From Chiloscyllium plagiosum (Eukaryota), in the NCBI RefSeq assembly GCF_004010195.1, contig NC_057718.1:51169941-51233940 (forward strand): a stretch of 64,000 nt of DNA. The letters are read 5' to 3'. The translations under genes and the position numbers were made by a program. The notes beneath the pieces were generated by a model. It ran no database searches, was not told the origin of the DNA, and saw only the letters and a list, made by a program, of their open reading frames with translations. The number at the start of each line of letters is the position of its first letter. The stretch's first letter is position 1. This document shows, piece after piece, positions 24,290 through 37,789 of the stretch.

Positions 24290-25480
24290 TCGGAGGCTGA
24301 AGCAGTCCTTGCTCATATGTAACAAGAACTGGACACATTTAGACATATAAATGTTAGGCAATTTCCAAAGAGAGAATATAACCATTGCCCATTGACATTC
24401 AATGGCAGTGCCATTATGAGATTTTCAAGATCTTGACAGCCACCATCAACCAGAAATTTAACTAGATCAGCCAATTAAATGCTATTGTTATAACAGCCAG
24501 TCAAAGGTTCGGAACTCTGCAGCAAGTAACTCAATTTCTGAATTCTTAAAGCCTGGCCACCTTCTACAAGTCAGGAGTGTAATGGAATTCTCTCCAATTG
24601 TCTGGACAGGTGCAGCTCCAAAAACACTCAAGGATCTCAACACCATACTCTATCAAATATCTTTTAAAAAAATCACTCACCTCATCTCCAGTACATAGCA
24701 ACAGAAATGGGTACAGTATACATGGTGCATGGCAACAACTCGTGAACCCTCCTTTGACAGCATCTTCCAAATACATAACCTACATCACCAAGAAGATCAG
24801 ATATTGCAGAAATGGTTTACTAGAATGGTACCAGGTGGATAAATTAAAAAAACTTGGGAACATTCTCCCTGGACAGAAGAAGGCCAAGAGATCAGATTAA
24901 GATTTTCAGAATCATGAGTAGGCTGGACAGAATAGAGTGAAGCTATTTCCAATTGCTAAAGAAGCAAGAAAAGAGCACAGATTCACAGTCATGTGCAAGC
25001 AAAACAATAGTGATGTGAGAAAAAAAATTCACACTGCACTGCACTGAAATGTGATAGAGGCAACTCAATTGAGGCATTCAAGAAGGCATTGGATTTTTTG
25101 TTAGCTAGTAATGGTGTGCAGAGATAGAAGAAAAAGACAGGAGACAAGCACTGGATTACATTGAAACTGGATAACCGAACTGGTGCAAGCACAATAGGCT
25201 GAATAGCTGCTTTCTGCACCAAAATAATTGTGACTCTGTGAGATGTATGAGATATCACTACCTGCAAGTTCCTCTCCAAGCCCCACATTCCATCCTGACT
25301 TGGAACTATCATCATATTTTTACTGCTGCTGGAACATCGCTCTGACAACATTCATACACCACATGGTCTGCAAGGTGGCAGCTCATTGACACCTTCTCAA
25401 GGGCAATTCAGGAGAGGTAATAATTGCTGGCGCTGGCAGTGATGCGCACATCCCACAAAAGAACTAAGAAAAAATATGAA
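24290..25480 (+). mobile_element. Old L2-type 3' end interrupted by a CR1 3' fragment (about 24820-25235)
   Basis: Same motifs as 52040-52770 on both sides, with a CR1-like 3' tail in the middle. Confidence 0.55.
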
Positions 25481-27023
25481 GCACGTTTCACGTGCAATGC
25501 TTTTGATCAATTGTTCACAATTTTTAGCTTCTTCATGTCTTTTACATATCAGCATATGCAGGGGGTCTCATCACATCTATGTACTTACATAGGTGTGAAT
25601 TTCTAAGTCTTTGGCAGTGAACATTTTCTTCATTTATGAATGGCCATTTTATATTGTGCTGCATCGTTGCCAACTTGCAGATAAATTGACTTGGAAAGAG
25701 ACTCGAGAACAGCTCGGGGACTGTCTGTAGTTCCTTCTATACCCATGATGCAGACAGCTCAAAATGCACCATGTATTTTCCATTTTCTGATGGTCTGGAT
25801 ACCACAGAATCAATTTGGACACAATACTACAGTTGAGTCCAAATTATAATTTGCTTATTTTTGTACTCTCTGCCTCTGCTTATGAACCCTTCGAAAAGAT
25901 AAAGGGCAGACTCCTGTTATTGCAGTGAGTGTCTGGACAGTGGGACTGGAAACAAGCAGAGGAGGGATGGCATGCAGCCAATGAAATATCTACAATTGAG
26001 TAGCAAGACCAATTTTGAGGCGGGGTGGGCAGGAGGTCATTGACCCTACCATTGCCTGATGATGGTCAAAGGTTGGGTGCCACATTAAATCAGTGTCAGG
26101 GGATCCAATCCCTACAAACCAGTCTCATCCTTCTATCTACATGAACAGAGAAAACTGAACTTGTACTTTTGCCACCTCCTTCCTTCTCGCCACACTTGGA
26201 TTCCCGAAGCTGTAATCTATCGTCCTTCACCCTCCGTCATTCATCTTTCGCCTTCCATTCTTCATCTGAGTCCTGTCTTGTGACCTTCAAACCAACCACC
26301 AACATCATTGACAACTGTCCCTCAACCTAGAGTTGTCTCCACCATCACCACTGAGGTGTCATCAGTGTCCTGGATTTGTATTCCAATAACGTCGATGTGC
26401 CACCATCAACCTTGATCCTCTGTCACTCTTGACCTACCTCTCAACTGCATTTGACTGTCCTAGCGTCACTATTTTTCTGCCATTCAATCATCTTCAATTT
26501 TTCCTCCTTCATGCCTGAGCAGCCTTCAGCAGAAATTGGCTTTCCCTCTCTTGTTCAACTCCTCTGATTTGTCCCCACAACTTTCTTTCGGCACACCATG
26601 AGCTTCCTTTCCTGAACAACCATTCCTCACCCTCTCAGACAGCCACCACCCAAACAACAGCTTCCCTTCTTTACCCCAGCCCAACAACATTCCTCATATA
26701 TGAAAAGCAGCTCCTCCTCACTCGAAATCCAGCAAGAAGGCACCTCACCTTCTGAAGCCACCTTTAATCAATTGTGAAAACAACAAAGGGGGAAGAAATG
26801 AAGGTTATCTTGATACAGTTAAATAAAAAGTGGTTTGTGTAGTGCATTAAAAAAAAACCATGAATCAATTAGTAAATATTTTGTTATAATGGACCTCTTG
26901 GCTCAATGAAAATCTGGCTACGTTTTCAAGCCTGCTCAAGTCATATTCTATTAGAATATAGAAACAGGAGTAGGCCATTCAAACCTTGAAGCTGCTCAAC
27001 CATTGTTTTATTTAAATGTATTA

Positions 27024-27821
27024 CAGTAACGTTTTTATTATCCGACACCTATGGGATCAGGAGTATACCAGTTGATCAAATATTCTGAATAATCAAGAGG
27101 TCCATATAAACAATGTAAAAGTAAACACTAAACAACAGAAATGGAATACAGAAGGTACACACATCACAATTATATCGTATATACTTAAGTAAGAGTTGAT
27201 CTCATGTGAAAGTCGACCCCCCCTATTTGTGGCCAAATATCTGTGATTTTCCATATATTTTGTGTAAAAGTCAACCCTAGTTCTTCAGAGATAACAGATC
27301 ACCATTTATAAGTCACTGTGCCAGGCATCTCATTCTGCTCTGGGTTTCTTTATTCGTTTAGAGACCAGTTGGGCTTCTGCTAGTGATATAGTATGAATTC
27401 TGGCGGGCATGATTTCAGCCCCTCAAAAGTAGTAACCAACTTAATAGTCAACCACATAAATTTAACCTTAAAAAGTTGTCAAAAACATTTGGCTGTTACT
27501 CAAGTATATATGCTACTTAATTTACAGCGCAAGTCATTAAAACAATAATGCAACTTCACCTTCTCACTCACACCCTCAACTGATTACTCGGATATTGCAT
27601 TATTTGAAGAGAAATTGACGCGAAATTGAATCAATTGTTGGTATTTCATGTGACCATTCGATTGAACAACAAGGATATTTATATTGAGGTAAACAGATGT
27701 AGAAAATTATAATAATTGAACAAACTAACACCGTAAACTTCATGGTATTAGAGGCACATAATTGTTCCCGGTCTATCAAGAGTGCTGGTTCATACGGCAT
27801 CAGTTAAAACAACGTTTGCCG
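27024..27821. mobile_element. Tc1/mariner (pogo/Tigger-like) MITE
   Basis: TA on both flanks. Imperfect TIRs CAGTAACGTTTTTATTATCCGACACC and GGCATCAGTTAAAACAACGTTTGCCG. Confidence 0.6.
27175..27513. mobile_element. Second pogo/Tigger-like MITE nested in the first
   Basis: TA flanks. TIRs TCGTATATACTTAAGTAAGAG and CTGTTACTCAAGTATATATGC. Confidence 0.65.
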
Positions 27822-28065
27822 TATTTTGATGGGATGTGGGCATTACTGTCGAGGCAAGCATTTGTTGCCAATGACTATTTGCCCTTGAACTGAATAGCTT
27901 GCTAGGCCAGTCCACAGTCAATTACATTTCTGTAGATCCAGATCCAAATGTTCTAGGCCTGATTTCATTCCTTATAAGACATCAGGGAACAAGATGGATT
28001 CTGATGACAATTGGTGACAATTTTGTGGTTACAATTATTGAGGCTAGCTTTCAATTTCAGATAGA

Positions 28066-28361
28066 GTCATTGAGTCATAGAGATGTACAGCACAGAAACA
28101 GACCTTTTGGTCCAACGTGTCCATGCTGACCAGATATCCCAACCCAATCTAGTCCCACCTGCCAACACCCGGCCCATATCCCTCCAAACCCTTCCTATTC
28201 ATACACCCATCCAGATGCCTTTTAAATGTTGCAATTATACTAGCCTCCACCACTTCCTCTGGCAGCGCATTCCATACACGTATGACCCTCTGCGTGAAAA
28301 CGTTGCCCCTTAGGTCTCTTTTATATCTTTCCCCTCTCACCCTAAACCTATGCCCTCTCAT
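28066..28361 (-). mobile_element. CR1 (HER1-like) 3' end inserted into an older SINE-like repeat
   Basis: ORF RGHRFRVRGERYKRDLRGNVFTQRVIRVWNALPEEVVEA, near-identical to 32070-32360. Confidence 0.92.
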
Positions 28362-30144
28362 GAATGAAGTTAGATTCCACCAGCTGCCACGTTTTTAGCC
28401 CTCACCTCTGAGTTACTTGCCCACTGACATTATCACCACCCAAATATTAATCAAAATTAAGTTCTGAATTAGGAGCGTGATTGATCTGCACTGCAACTGC
28501 ATTTGCCACTTTACTTCCATATCCCATAAATAACAAAATGTTTTTTGATTTCTACTTCACACTTAATTTTCGAGTTGTACTTAAGGAAAATAACATTCTG
28601 GTTGTTTTTTTTTCATTCTGGATCATCAGCCTGCTCTAGAGGCCTCCTGGATTCCCATAGATAATGTAAAGGCTTGTACAGCAATGTTTGAGAATAGTTC
28701 TCTGTTTAAAAGCCTTATTTCAATGTTTTCAGGGATCGACAAAGCTAAAACATTCCTGAGCATTTAAAATAATGTTTTCACTGGAGATGTAGACGCTATA
28801 AAGACAACTGAACATTTACCTACAATTGTACTCTTCTTGTATAAAAGATTTTTAAAGGAAAAAATGTGGACCATTTCTTAATGACCATTGAAGTGACTTA
28901 CTTAATTTACATGTAAGTTTAAGCAGTTGAATGGCTTAATCTAATGTCTCAGTTCTTATGTTGTTAATTAACTGTGTCTGAACAACAGGAAATTTGTCTT
29001 CATATGGTTTATAAAAGAGAACAGACCTCCTTCAGTAACAGTTTCCAGAAACTGTCACTTGCCCTAAAATTTGGTTGTTGTAAGATTAAAACAGACTGAT
29101 GTTACTTGTGAAATTGAAAAGTGTAAGGCACATTGCTTTTCAAATTACATTCAATAAAACATGAATAAGTTCATTTCAGTCAGCAATACAGTGAAAGCAT
29201 AAAATATTAAAACATTGAACCTTCTTTTGACCATTAGTAACAAAATACAATCCTGAATGTAGCTCCATATAGAATATAAAACTGCAACAATTCAATAGAC
29301 TGAGTTTAAAGGTTTTATATGCTACATTAATACATGCAAAAATAATCAGCAGAGACAACTTAATGGTCTATTTGACTGGGATGAATTGTAGATGAACTAT
29401 ATAATGACGGGCTGTGAAAGTGCTACTTAACAGCTGTGCAGAAATCAATGTTAAGGTTTAGGGAAGTCTTTTAACCATCAGTTCTGATGTTATCAAAATT
29501 GTCCACTCATTTCGTTAAAAACAATCAAAGAAAGCATGAAGAGTTGGAAAAGTTAGAGAGATATAGGCCAAATATAAGCAAATGAAACTAGTTATTTTGA
29601 GAAACTTGGTCAGCATGGACAAGTTGGATTGATAGGTGTGTTTCCATGCTATGTGACTCAATGACTAAGATGTCAAAAGTAAAGTGAGTAAATGATATTA
29701 TTCAACTCTACAAAAATCCAGTTTAGAAGGCTTTATGGCTCAATGGATAACCCCGCCTCAGGGTTCAAGTCATCTCCACAGTATATTTGTTTTACAAATA
29801 ATTTTTAAATTTCCACTAAATCAAATATTCAGTTGATAGCAATGGTATTACCCTGCTACCAGAACTATCTATTGTTGGCCACTTTGATTAGCAAAGATCA
29901 TTTTATCTGATTTTGGGTTTACGTATAGAGCCAGTTTCCTCATTCTGACTTTGAATTTCATCAGAGGTCTGTCACCTTTCTACAGGAACTGTTCCAGAGG
30001 ACAAGAGCTGTAAGATTTTGTTGTTACATAATGCTAGGACAGAGCTAATTGATAAAGCATTCTGATTAGCATTCCTCTCACGACTGAATCCTTTGTTCAA
30101 CTGCATAGGTGCCTGTTCACCTCATTTTTCACATTTGAAGTGAA

Positions 30145-30362
30145 AGGGTAAAGTTGTCATAGTCCAAGAGGACCATAGAGCTGTTCTATCAATAGACAGA
30201 GATGACAGGTGTTGAGTTTAAGCTAAGAGTCTTCATGCCTCAGATGAGGGGCAAGGTTGAGAAGATGGGACCTTCACAGTCTCAGCTGGTGCAGAAATTG
30301 AACCCAATGTTGTTGCCATCACCGTATCACAAACCAGCCATTCAGCCAACTGCGCTTACCAA
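30145..30362 (-). mobile_element. Old tRNA-derived SINE
   Basis: Minus strand begins GGTAAGCGCAGTTGGCTGAATGGCTG..GGGTTCAATTTC (box A/B-like). Confidence 0.5.
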
Positions 30363-30554
30363 CTCATGAAAGGGTCTGTATCTAAAACATAGTTTTTCAG
30401 TTTCTCTCACAAGAATAAAGTAACCTGCTCTACGTGTGCTACCAGCTTACATACGTCTGCTTAACTTTTAACATCTGCACTATCTTGCGTTTTAGTGCCA
30501 ATTATGAACTTTATCGCTTTAGGCTCTGATATTGTTCAGTGCTATATTTTGAGG

Positions 30555-30895
30555 AGGGAGGCAGTAGCAGAGCAAGAGTGCTTCTGGGCTTGTAATATGG
30601 AACCCCAAGCTAGTGTTCTGGGAAAGTGGGTTTGAATTTGACCATCAAAATTTGATTTGAATAAAAATCTGGAACTTGCATAAATAGCTAATCTAATGGT
30701 AACTATGTGCAATTGTTGCTGGTTGTTGTAAAATCTCATCTGGTTCACTTCCAACCTTTAGGGAAGAAAATCTATCAAACTTATCTGGTCTGACATACAT
30801 GTGATTCCAAACCCAAAGCTGGGTGGAGTTGACTGTCCTCCGGCAATTAGGGATAGGCTAGAAATGCTAGCCTAGCCAACATTGCCCACTTAATA
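30555..30895 (+). mobile_element. SacSINE1/DeuSINE-like element
   Basis: tRNA-like head, CTGGTTCACT..TTTAGGGAAG core, GGCAATTAGGGATAGGC tail. Confidence 0.6.
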
Positions 30896-31207
30896 GAAAG
30901 AAAAAATGCTGAACTTTTGGTGTTGACATGCATTTGGACTATTTTCTTCTGCATGACAAGTTTCAGCTGTCAATCAGGGGAGCTCTTTTCCCAAAGCTTT
31001 AGCGTGCCCCTCATGACATAAGTAGCCAGTACAAAAAGTGACTGTCCTCTTCAGTCTCATAAGCTATGAGTTGAAGGCCATTGCATCCTCCCATCACCAG
31101 GTAAAGTCAATTATATCACACCGTATTTTTAACTTCAGCTGCACATAAAAATAAATAAAATTTGTTAGTCTGCATTTTGTCTACTTTGTTATCCTCATCA
31201 AAACAAA

Positions 31208-32362
31208 ATGAAGGTTCCCCATGGGAGACTGATCAGCAAGGTTAGATCTCATGGAATACAGGGAGAACTAGCCATGTGGATACAGAACTGGGTCAAAGGT
31301 AGAAGACAGAGGGTGGTGGTGGCGGGTTGTTTTTCAGACTGGAGACCTCCGACCAGTAGAGTGCCACAAGGATTGGTGCTGGGTCTACTACTTTTGATCA
31401 TTTATATAAATGATTTGGATGTGGACCTAGGAGGTATAGTTAGTAAGTTTGCAGATGACACCAAAATTGGAGGTGTAGTGGACAGCGAAGAAGGTTACCT
31501 CAGATTACAATGGGATCTTGATCATTTTGGGCCAATGGGCTGAGAAGTGGCAGATGGAGGTTAATTTAGATAAATGCAAGGTGCTGCATTTTGGGAAAGC
31601 AAATCTTAACCGGACTTATAAACACAATGGTAAGGTCCTAGGGACAAAGAGACCTTGAAGTGCAGGTTCATAGCTTCTTGAAAGTGGAGTTGCAGGTAGA
31701 TAGGATAGTGAAGAAGGCGTTTGGCACGTATTCCTTTATTGGTCAGAGTATTGAGTACAAGAGTTGGGAGGTAATATAGTGGTTGTACAGGATATTGGTT
31801 CAACCACTGTTGGAATATTGAATGCAATTCTGGTCTCCTTCCTATCGGAAAGAAGTTGTGAAACTTGAAAGGGTTCAGAAAAAATTTCCAAGGATGTTGC
31901 CAGGGTTGGAGGACTTGATCGATAGGGAGAGGTTGAATAGTCTGGGGCTGTTTTCCCTGGAGCGTTGGAGGCTGAGGGGTGACGTTATAGAGGTTTATAA
32001 AATCATGAGGGGCATGAATAGGATAAATAGACAAAGTCTCTTCAATGGGGTGGGGGAGTCCAGAACTAGAGGGCATAGGTTTAGGGTGAGAGGAGAAATA
32101 TACAAAAGAGACCTAAGGGCCAACATATTCACGCAGAGGGTCATACATGTATGGAATGAGCTGCCAGAGAAAGTGGTGGAGGCTGGTATAATTGCAACAT
32201 TTAAAAGGCATCTGGATGGGTATATGAATAGGAAGAGTTTGGAGGGATATGAGCTGGGTGCTGGCAGGTGGGACTAGATTGGGTTGGGATATCTGGTCGG
32301 CATGGACAGGTTGGACCGAAAGGTCAGTTTCTATGCTGTACATCTGAATGTCTCTATAACTC
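31208..32362 (+). mobile_element. 5'-truncated CR1 (HER1-like) LINE: RT C-terminus and 3' UTR
   Basis: VPQGLVLG..YINDLD..KFADDTKIGG and QFWSP..LERVQKK..RRLRGD motifs, with frameshifts and stops. Confidence 0.95.
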
Positions 32363-32601
32363 TAACAGTAAAAAGGGATGGTAAATGTATTTTCCTTCAT
32401 CCTCAGGGAATGACTTATTTAACTTTAATTGACATAAAATTGAACATTTAATTTTTAAAATATGAATTGTCATGACTATGGGTTGGAACCAGATGGTCCT
32501 GTTTGATTTTTGTTAACATGGAACAGCATATTATTAAAAAGAAGCAGGCTGACACAGCCAAAATGGCTGCGGATGTATTTGAATTGGCTGTCTGCAGAGA
32601 G

Positions 32602-35298
32602 GATTCTGGATTAGAGGTGTTGGAAAAGCACAGCAGTTCAGGCAGCATCCGAGGAACAGTAAAATCGACATTTCAGGCAAAAGCCCTTCATTGATGCCCT
32701 GGGGTTGAAGTGTTCCGAGCCGGAAGATGAGGCGTTCTTCCTCCAGGCATCAGGTGGTGAGGGAGTAGTGGTGAAGGAGGTCCAGGATCTCCATGTCCTT
32801 GGCAGAATGGGAGGGGGAGTTGAAATGTTGGGCCACAGGGCAGTGAGGCTGAGTGGTGTGGGTGTTCCGGAGGTGTTCCCTAAAGCACTCTGCTAGGAGG
32901 CGTCCAGTCTCCCCAATGTAGAGGAGACCGTATTGGGAGCAACGGATACAATAAATGATATTGGTGGATGTGCAGGTAAAACTTTGATGGATGTGGAAGG
33001 CTCCTTTAGGGCCTTGGATGGAGGTGAGGGAGGAGGTGTGGGCGCAGGTTTTGCAATTCCTGCGGTGGCAGAGGAAGGTGCCAGGACGGGAGGGTGGGTT
33101 GTAGGGGAGCGTGGACCTAACCAGGTAGTCACTGAGGGAATGGTTTTTGTGGAAGGCAGAAAGGGGTCGGGAGGGAAATATATCCCTGGTGGTGGGGTCC
33201 GTTTGGAAGTGGCGGAAATGTCGGCAGATGATTTGGTTTATGCGAAGGTTGGTAGGGTGGAAGGTGAGCACCAAGGGCATTCTGTCCTTGTTACGGTTGG
33301 AGGGGTGGTGTCTGAGCGCGAAGGTGCGGGATGTGGACGAGATGCATTGGAGGGTATCTTTAACCACGTGGGAAGGGAAATTGTGCTCTCCAGTGAAGGA
33401 GGCCATCTGGTGTTCTGTGGTGGAACTGGTCTTCCTGGGAGCAGATATGGTGGAGGCGGAGGAATTGGGAATACGGGATGGCATTTTTGCAGGAGGTAGG
33501 GTGGGAAGAGGTGTAATCCAGGTAACTGTGGGAGTCAGTGGGTTTGTAAAAAATGTAGGTGTCAAGTCGGTCGTCATTAATGGAGATGGAGAGGTCCAGG
33601 AAGGGGACGGAGGTGTCAGAGATGGTCCAGGTAAATTTAAAGTTAGGGTGGAATGTGTTGGTGAAGGTGATGAATTGCTCAACCTCTTTGCGGGAGCATG
33701 AGGTGGCCCCAATGCAGTCATCAATGTAGCGGAGGAAGAGGTGGGGTGTGGTGCCGGTGTAATTACGGAAGATGGACTGTTCTACACAGCCAACAAAGAG
33801 ACAGGCATAGCTGGGGCCCATACGTGTGCCCATGGCGACCCCTTCCATGGAGGAAGTGGGAGGATTCGAAGGAGAAATAGTTAACGGTGAGGACCAGTTC
33901 GGCCAAACGAATGAGAGTGTCGGTGGAAGGGTACTGTTGGGGACATCGGGAGAGGAAGAAACGGAGGGCTTGGAGGCCCTGGTCATGGCGGATGGAGGTG
34001 TAGAGGGACTGGATATATCCATGGGGAAGATGAAGCATTGGGGGCCGGGGAAACGGAAGTCTTAGAGGAGGTGCAGGGCGTGGGTGGTGTCTCGAACGTA
34101 TGTGGGGAGTTCCTGGACTAGGGAGGGTAGGACAGTGTCGAGGTAGGTGGAAATGATTTCAGTGGGGCAGGAGCATGCTGAGACAATCGGTCGGCCAGGG
34201 TGGTCAGGCTTGTGGATCTTGGGAAGGAGGTAGAACCCGGCAGTGCGGACTTCCTGGACTATGAGGTTAGACGCTGTGGTTGGGAGATCTCCTGAGGTGA
34301 TGAGGTTCTGTATGGTCTGGGAGATGATGGTTTGGTGATGGGGTGGAGTCATGGTCGAGGGGGTGCTAGGAAAAGGTGTCCTCAAGTTGGCGTCTGGCTT
34401 CAGCGGTGTAGAGATCAGTGCGCCAGACTACCACTGCACCCCCTTTATCTGCTGGCTTGATTATGAGGTCAGGATTGGAGCAGAGGGATTGGAGGGCTGC
34501 GCGTTATGAGGGTGAGAGGTTGGAGTGGGGGAGGGGGTAGACAGGTTGAGGCGGTTAATGTCCCGGCGGCAGTTAGAAATGAAGAGGTCGAGGGCAGGTA
34601 ATAGGCCAGCATGGGAGTCCAAGTGGCTGCAGTGTGTTGGAGGTGGGCGAAGGGGTCCTCAGAAGGTGGGCAGGAGTCCTGATTGTGAAAGTAAGTTCGG
34701 AGGCGGAGGCGGCAGAAGAATTGTTCGACGTCACGGCGTGTATTAAATTCATTGATGCGAGGTTGGAGGGGGATGAAGGTGAGTCCTTTGCTGAGGACTG
34801 ATCGTTCGTCCTCAGTGAGTGGGAGGTCTGGAGGGATGGTGAAAACTCGGCAGGGCTGGGAGCTGGGATCTGGTGTGGGTGTGGAGTTGGGAGTGGGGGC
34901 GGAGCCGGTAACTGGAGTGGGTGTGGTGGTGGAGGGAATGGGGGTGGAGTCAAGAGCAGGGGTGGTTTCCCCCCAGGGTTCTGGGGGGCAGGGATGGTGA
35001 CACTGGGATCTGTGGGGGGTGGGGGCGTGACAGCAGAATGCAGGTGGGGGCGAAAGGGGTGGCAAACACAGTAGTGGGTGGTGCGGAGGTCACTGAGCGT
35101 GTGACATCAGCGATGATGTGAGGGGAGGAAGTGATGTCACTTGTGGTGCAGGAGGGATTAGAGGTGCTGGAAAAACACAGCAGTTCAGGCAGCATCCAAG
35201 GAGCAGTAAAATCAACATTTCGGGCAAAAGCCCTTCATCAGGAATACAGGCAAAGTGCCTGAAGGGTGGGGAGATAAGTGAGAGGAGGGTGGGGGTGG
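32602..35298 (-). mobile_element. Neptune-like Penelope element (RT + Zn-knuckle + GIY-YIG) with direct pseudo-LTRs; pseudogenised
   Basis: 12-bp TSD GTCTGCAGAGAG (32590-32601, 35299-35310). RT motifs LPKIHKP..RPIVS, GVAMGTRMGPSYA, RYIDD; CHRRNCKTC; IIYCIRC..LYIGETGR..FREH. Direct repeats at about 32608-32690 and 35155-35238. Confidence 0.95.
35209..35246 (-). ncRNA. Minimal type I hammerhead ribozyme motif in the 5' pseudo-LTR
   Basis: ATTC-CTGATGA-A-GGGC-TTTT-GCCC-GAAA-TGTT-GATT. Confidence 0.75.
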
Positions 35299-36774
35299 GT
35301 CTGCAGAGAGAGAAATCCACTGAGTGTCAACCTTGGACCAGGAAAGGAACCTCAAACAATAGCCCTTCAACGAGGAAGCGGTAAGAAGCAAGTCAGTTTA
35401 TTCTTCCACACTAAGAAGATTAGTGAATTATGGTATCCAGTTCAGAACCACAAGTTGGAGAGTCTCGCCTGAGATCTGAGTGCAACAGAAGGTAATGAAT
35501 TTTACACTCCTACAAATCGCAGATTAGAACAGACTGTTCTGCCTATGCTACCTGTATGCATGCTACTTTTACAAATGAAAGTGCATTTCTGATTCCATTT
35601 TTCTGTTGTGGAGATCCTCTGATGTTCTTTTTCAAACAACTGGATTGCAAACTACATATCATTTACAAACTAATATTATTACCACCATACTTACTGAATA
35701 TTTCAGCCACTTGGAATTATAATGAATGTACCTAATTATTTTATCTATAGTGTGTCAAATGCTTTCCTATTAAGATTCCTGCTGTTCACACCTCTTTGAC
35801 CTTAGCACACAATTTAACACCCTACAATTTTCTCTATGAAGTCTGTGATCAGTTCATTGACTGGCTTTTGTTACGGTTTATCAGTCTGTGACAGTCATTG
35901 TTGTTAGCATGACAAATAATTTATGAAATTCTAGAGGTACATTAAATCTAATACCTTGTCGATATTATGATAATAAATTGAGGGAGATGCATGTCATACA
36001 GATTTATGAAAATAACAGAGAAGAAACAATGTATTATGTAAGTAAGCCTTCTCTTCAGGATCTCTCTGATAAACAGCTTGACATTATACAATGCAAGATA
36101 ATGCCTGTCAGTTCCTCACTGATAAAGGTCCTGGAATATTCTGTGCATAAGTGTGTTTTACTCATCTCCTGCTGTGTTGAGAATGAAAAGATGAAATTTT
36201 TGATGAATCATTATAATAATTCTCTCCATAGTAATAAATGTCACCCAGTACTCCAATAAATAATTTTGACATATCAGCGTGTCTCACCTGGTCTCTGCAC
36301 TACCTCCCGATCTGAGCCAATTTTGCTCTATCTTTTTCTGTATTATTTGATTTCATTATACTTTGAGGAAGCAAACTTCAGAAGGTTTGTATCTTATTAA
36401 TAAGCCACATAATGTTATTATCTTTCTTTTCTCATACAATGGATTAGTAACCATTTTATTTTGGAAGTTAATCTCTGCCAGACAGAAAATCCTGCAAGAA
36501 AGTTTCTCAGAACTTGACTTATGTTAGTGGGAATGCTAGAAAATACACCAATGAAAGTATACCTCAAAATAAAGCTTTTTTTGCACTTCAACTAGGTAAA
36601 TATTCACTTAGGGAGCATAAATTAATGGAACACACCAGATTCCAGCTGTGAAATGAGCCACACTTGTGTATTACAGCTCCATGGAAAAGGGAAAGTCTTA
36701 ACTTATTCCCAATGTCTAATCTTCCACAAAGCAAGCATTCAATGTTCTTTCAGTGTTTCATTTACATCTTAGAT

Positions 36775-37500
36775 ACAGCAGGATATAAATCAGTTGGAAG
36801 CATGGACAGAAAAATGGCAGATGGAGTTTAACCTGGACAAATGTGAAGTGATACATTTTGGAGTTATGCAGTGCATGGCAGAACCCTTAGCAGTATTGAT
36901 ACGCAGAGAGGTCTGGGTGTGCAGGTCCACAGATCATTGAAGGTGGTGGCACAGGCAGGTAAGGTAGTAAAAAAAGCCTAGTGCATGCTTGCCTTCATTG
37001 GCAAGGGCATTGAGTATAAGGATAGACAAGTTATGCTGCAGCTTTATAGAACTTTAATTAGACCACACCTGGAATATTGTGTACAGTTCTGGTCACCACA
37101 CTACCAGAAGCATGTGGATCTTTGGAGAGGGTACAGAAAAAGTTTACCAAGATGTTGCCTTGGGGATTTTAGCTAAGAAGGTAAGTTGGATTGATAAGGT
37201 TTGTTTTCACTGGAACACAGGAGGCTGAGAAGTGACCTGATAGATGTTTAAAAGACTGTGAATGGCAAGGATAGAGTGGAAATTAAGGGGCTTATTCAAA
37301 GGGTGACAGGGTCAATTACTAAAGGACACAGCTTCAAGGTGTGAGGAAGAAAGTTTAAAAGAGATGTATGAGGAAGGATGGTGATGACTGGAACATGCTG
37401 CCAGAGGGTGTGGTGGAAGCAGGCACAATAACAACATTCAAGAAGCACCTGGATGAATACATGATTAGGTAGGAAATAGAGGGATATGGCTCCTGTAAGT
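36775..37500 (+). mobile_element. CR1 LINE 3' fragment
   Basis: MLAFIGKGIEYKDRQVMLQLYRTLIRPHLEYCVQFWSPHY. Confidence 0.9.
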
Positions 37501-37789
37501 GAAGAGAATAAAATAACAGGAGATGTGAAACCTTTATTCCTTGAGAACACATCAAATTTAAATCTTTGACTTTTTCAGCTTTGAATAACCAATGCAGACT
37601 TCTAACAGAACATTCCATCTGGAGATTTCACAAAGTAAACTCTTTTGCTGAGCTATATTATTTCCTTAACAGCTCTGAACAATCTTGCTTCCTCAAGACA
37701 GATGATACATACTTCTAATCTCAGGCAAGACTTCGTTGAACTACCCAAAAGCTCTCCAATCTCCAGATTTTTTGAAACTAAAGTTAATC

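Noticed and set aside
32933..33701. Long plus-strand Gly/Val/Trp-rich ORFs (188 and 184 aa)
   Set aside because: Antisense shadows of the C-rich PLE RT/EN coding strand.
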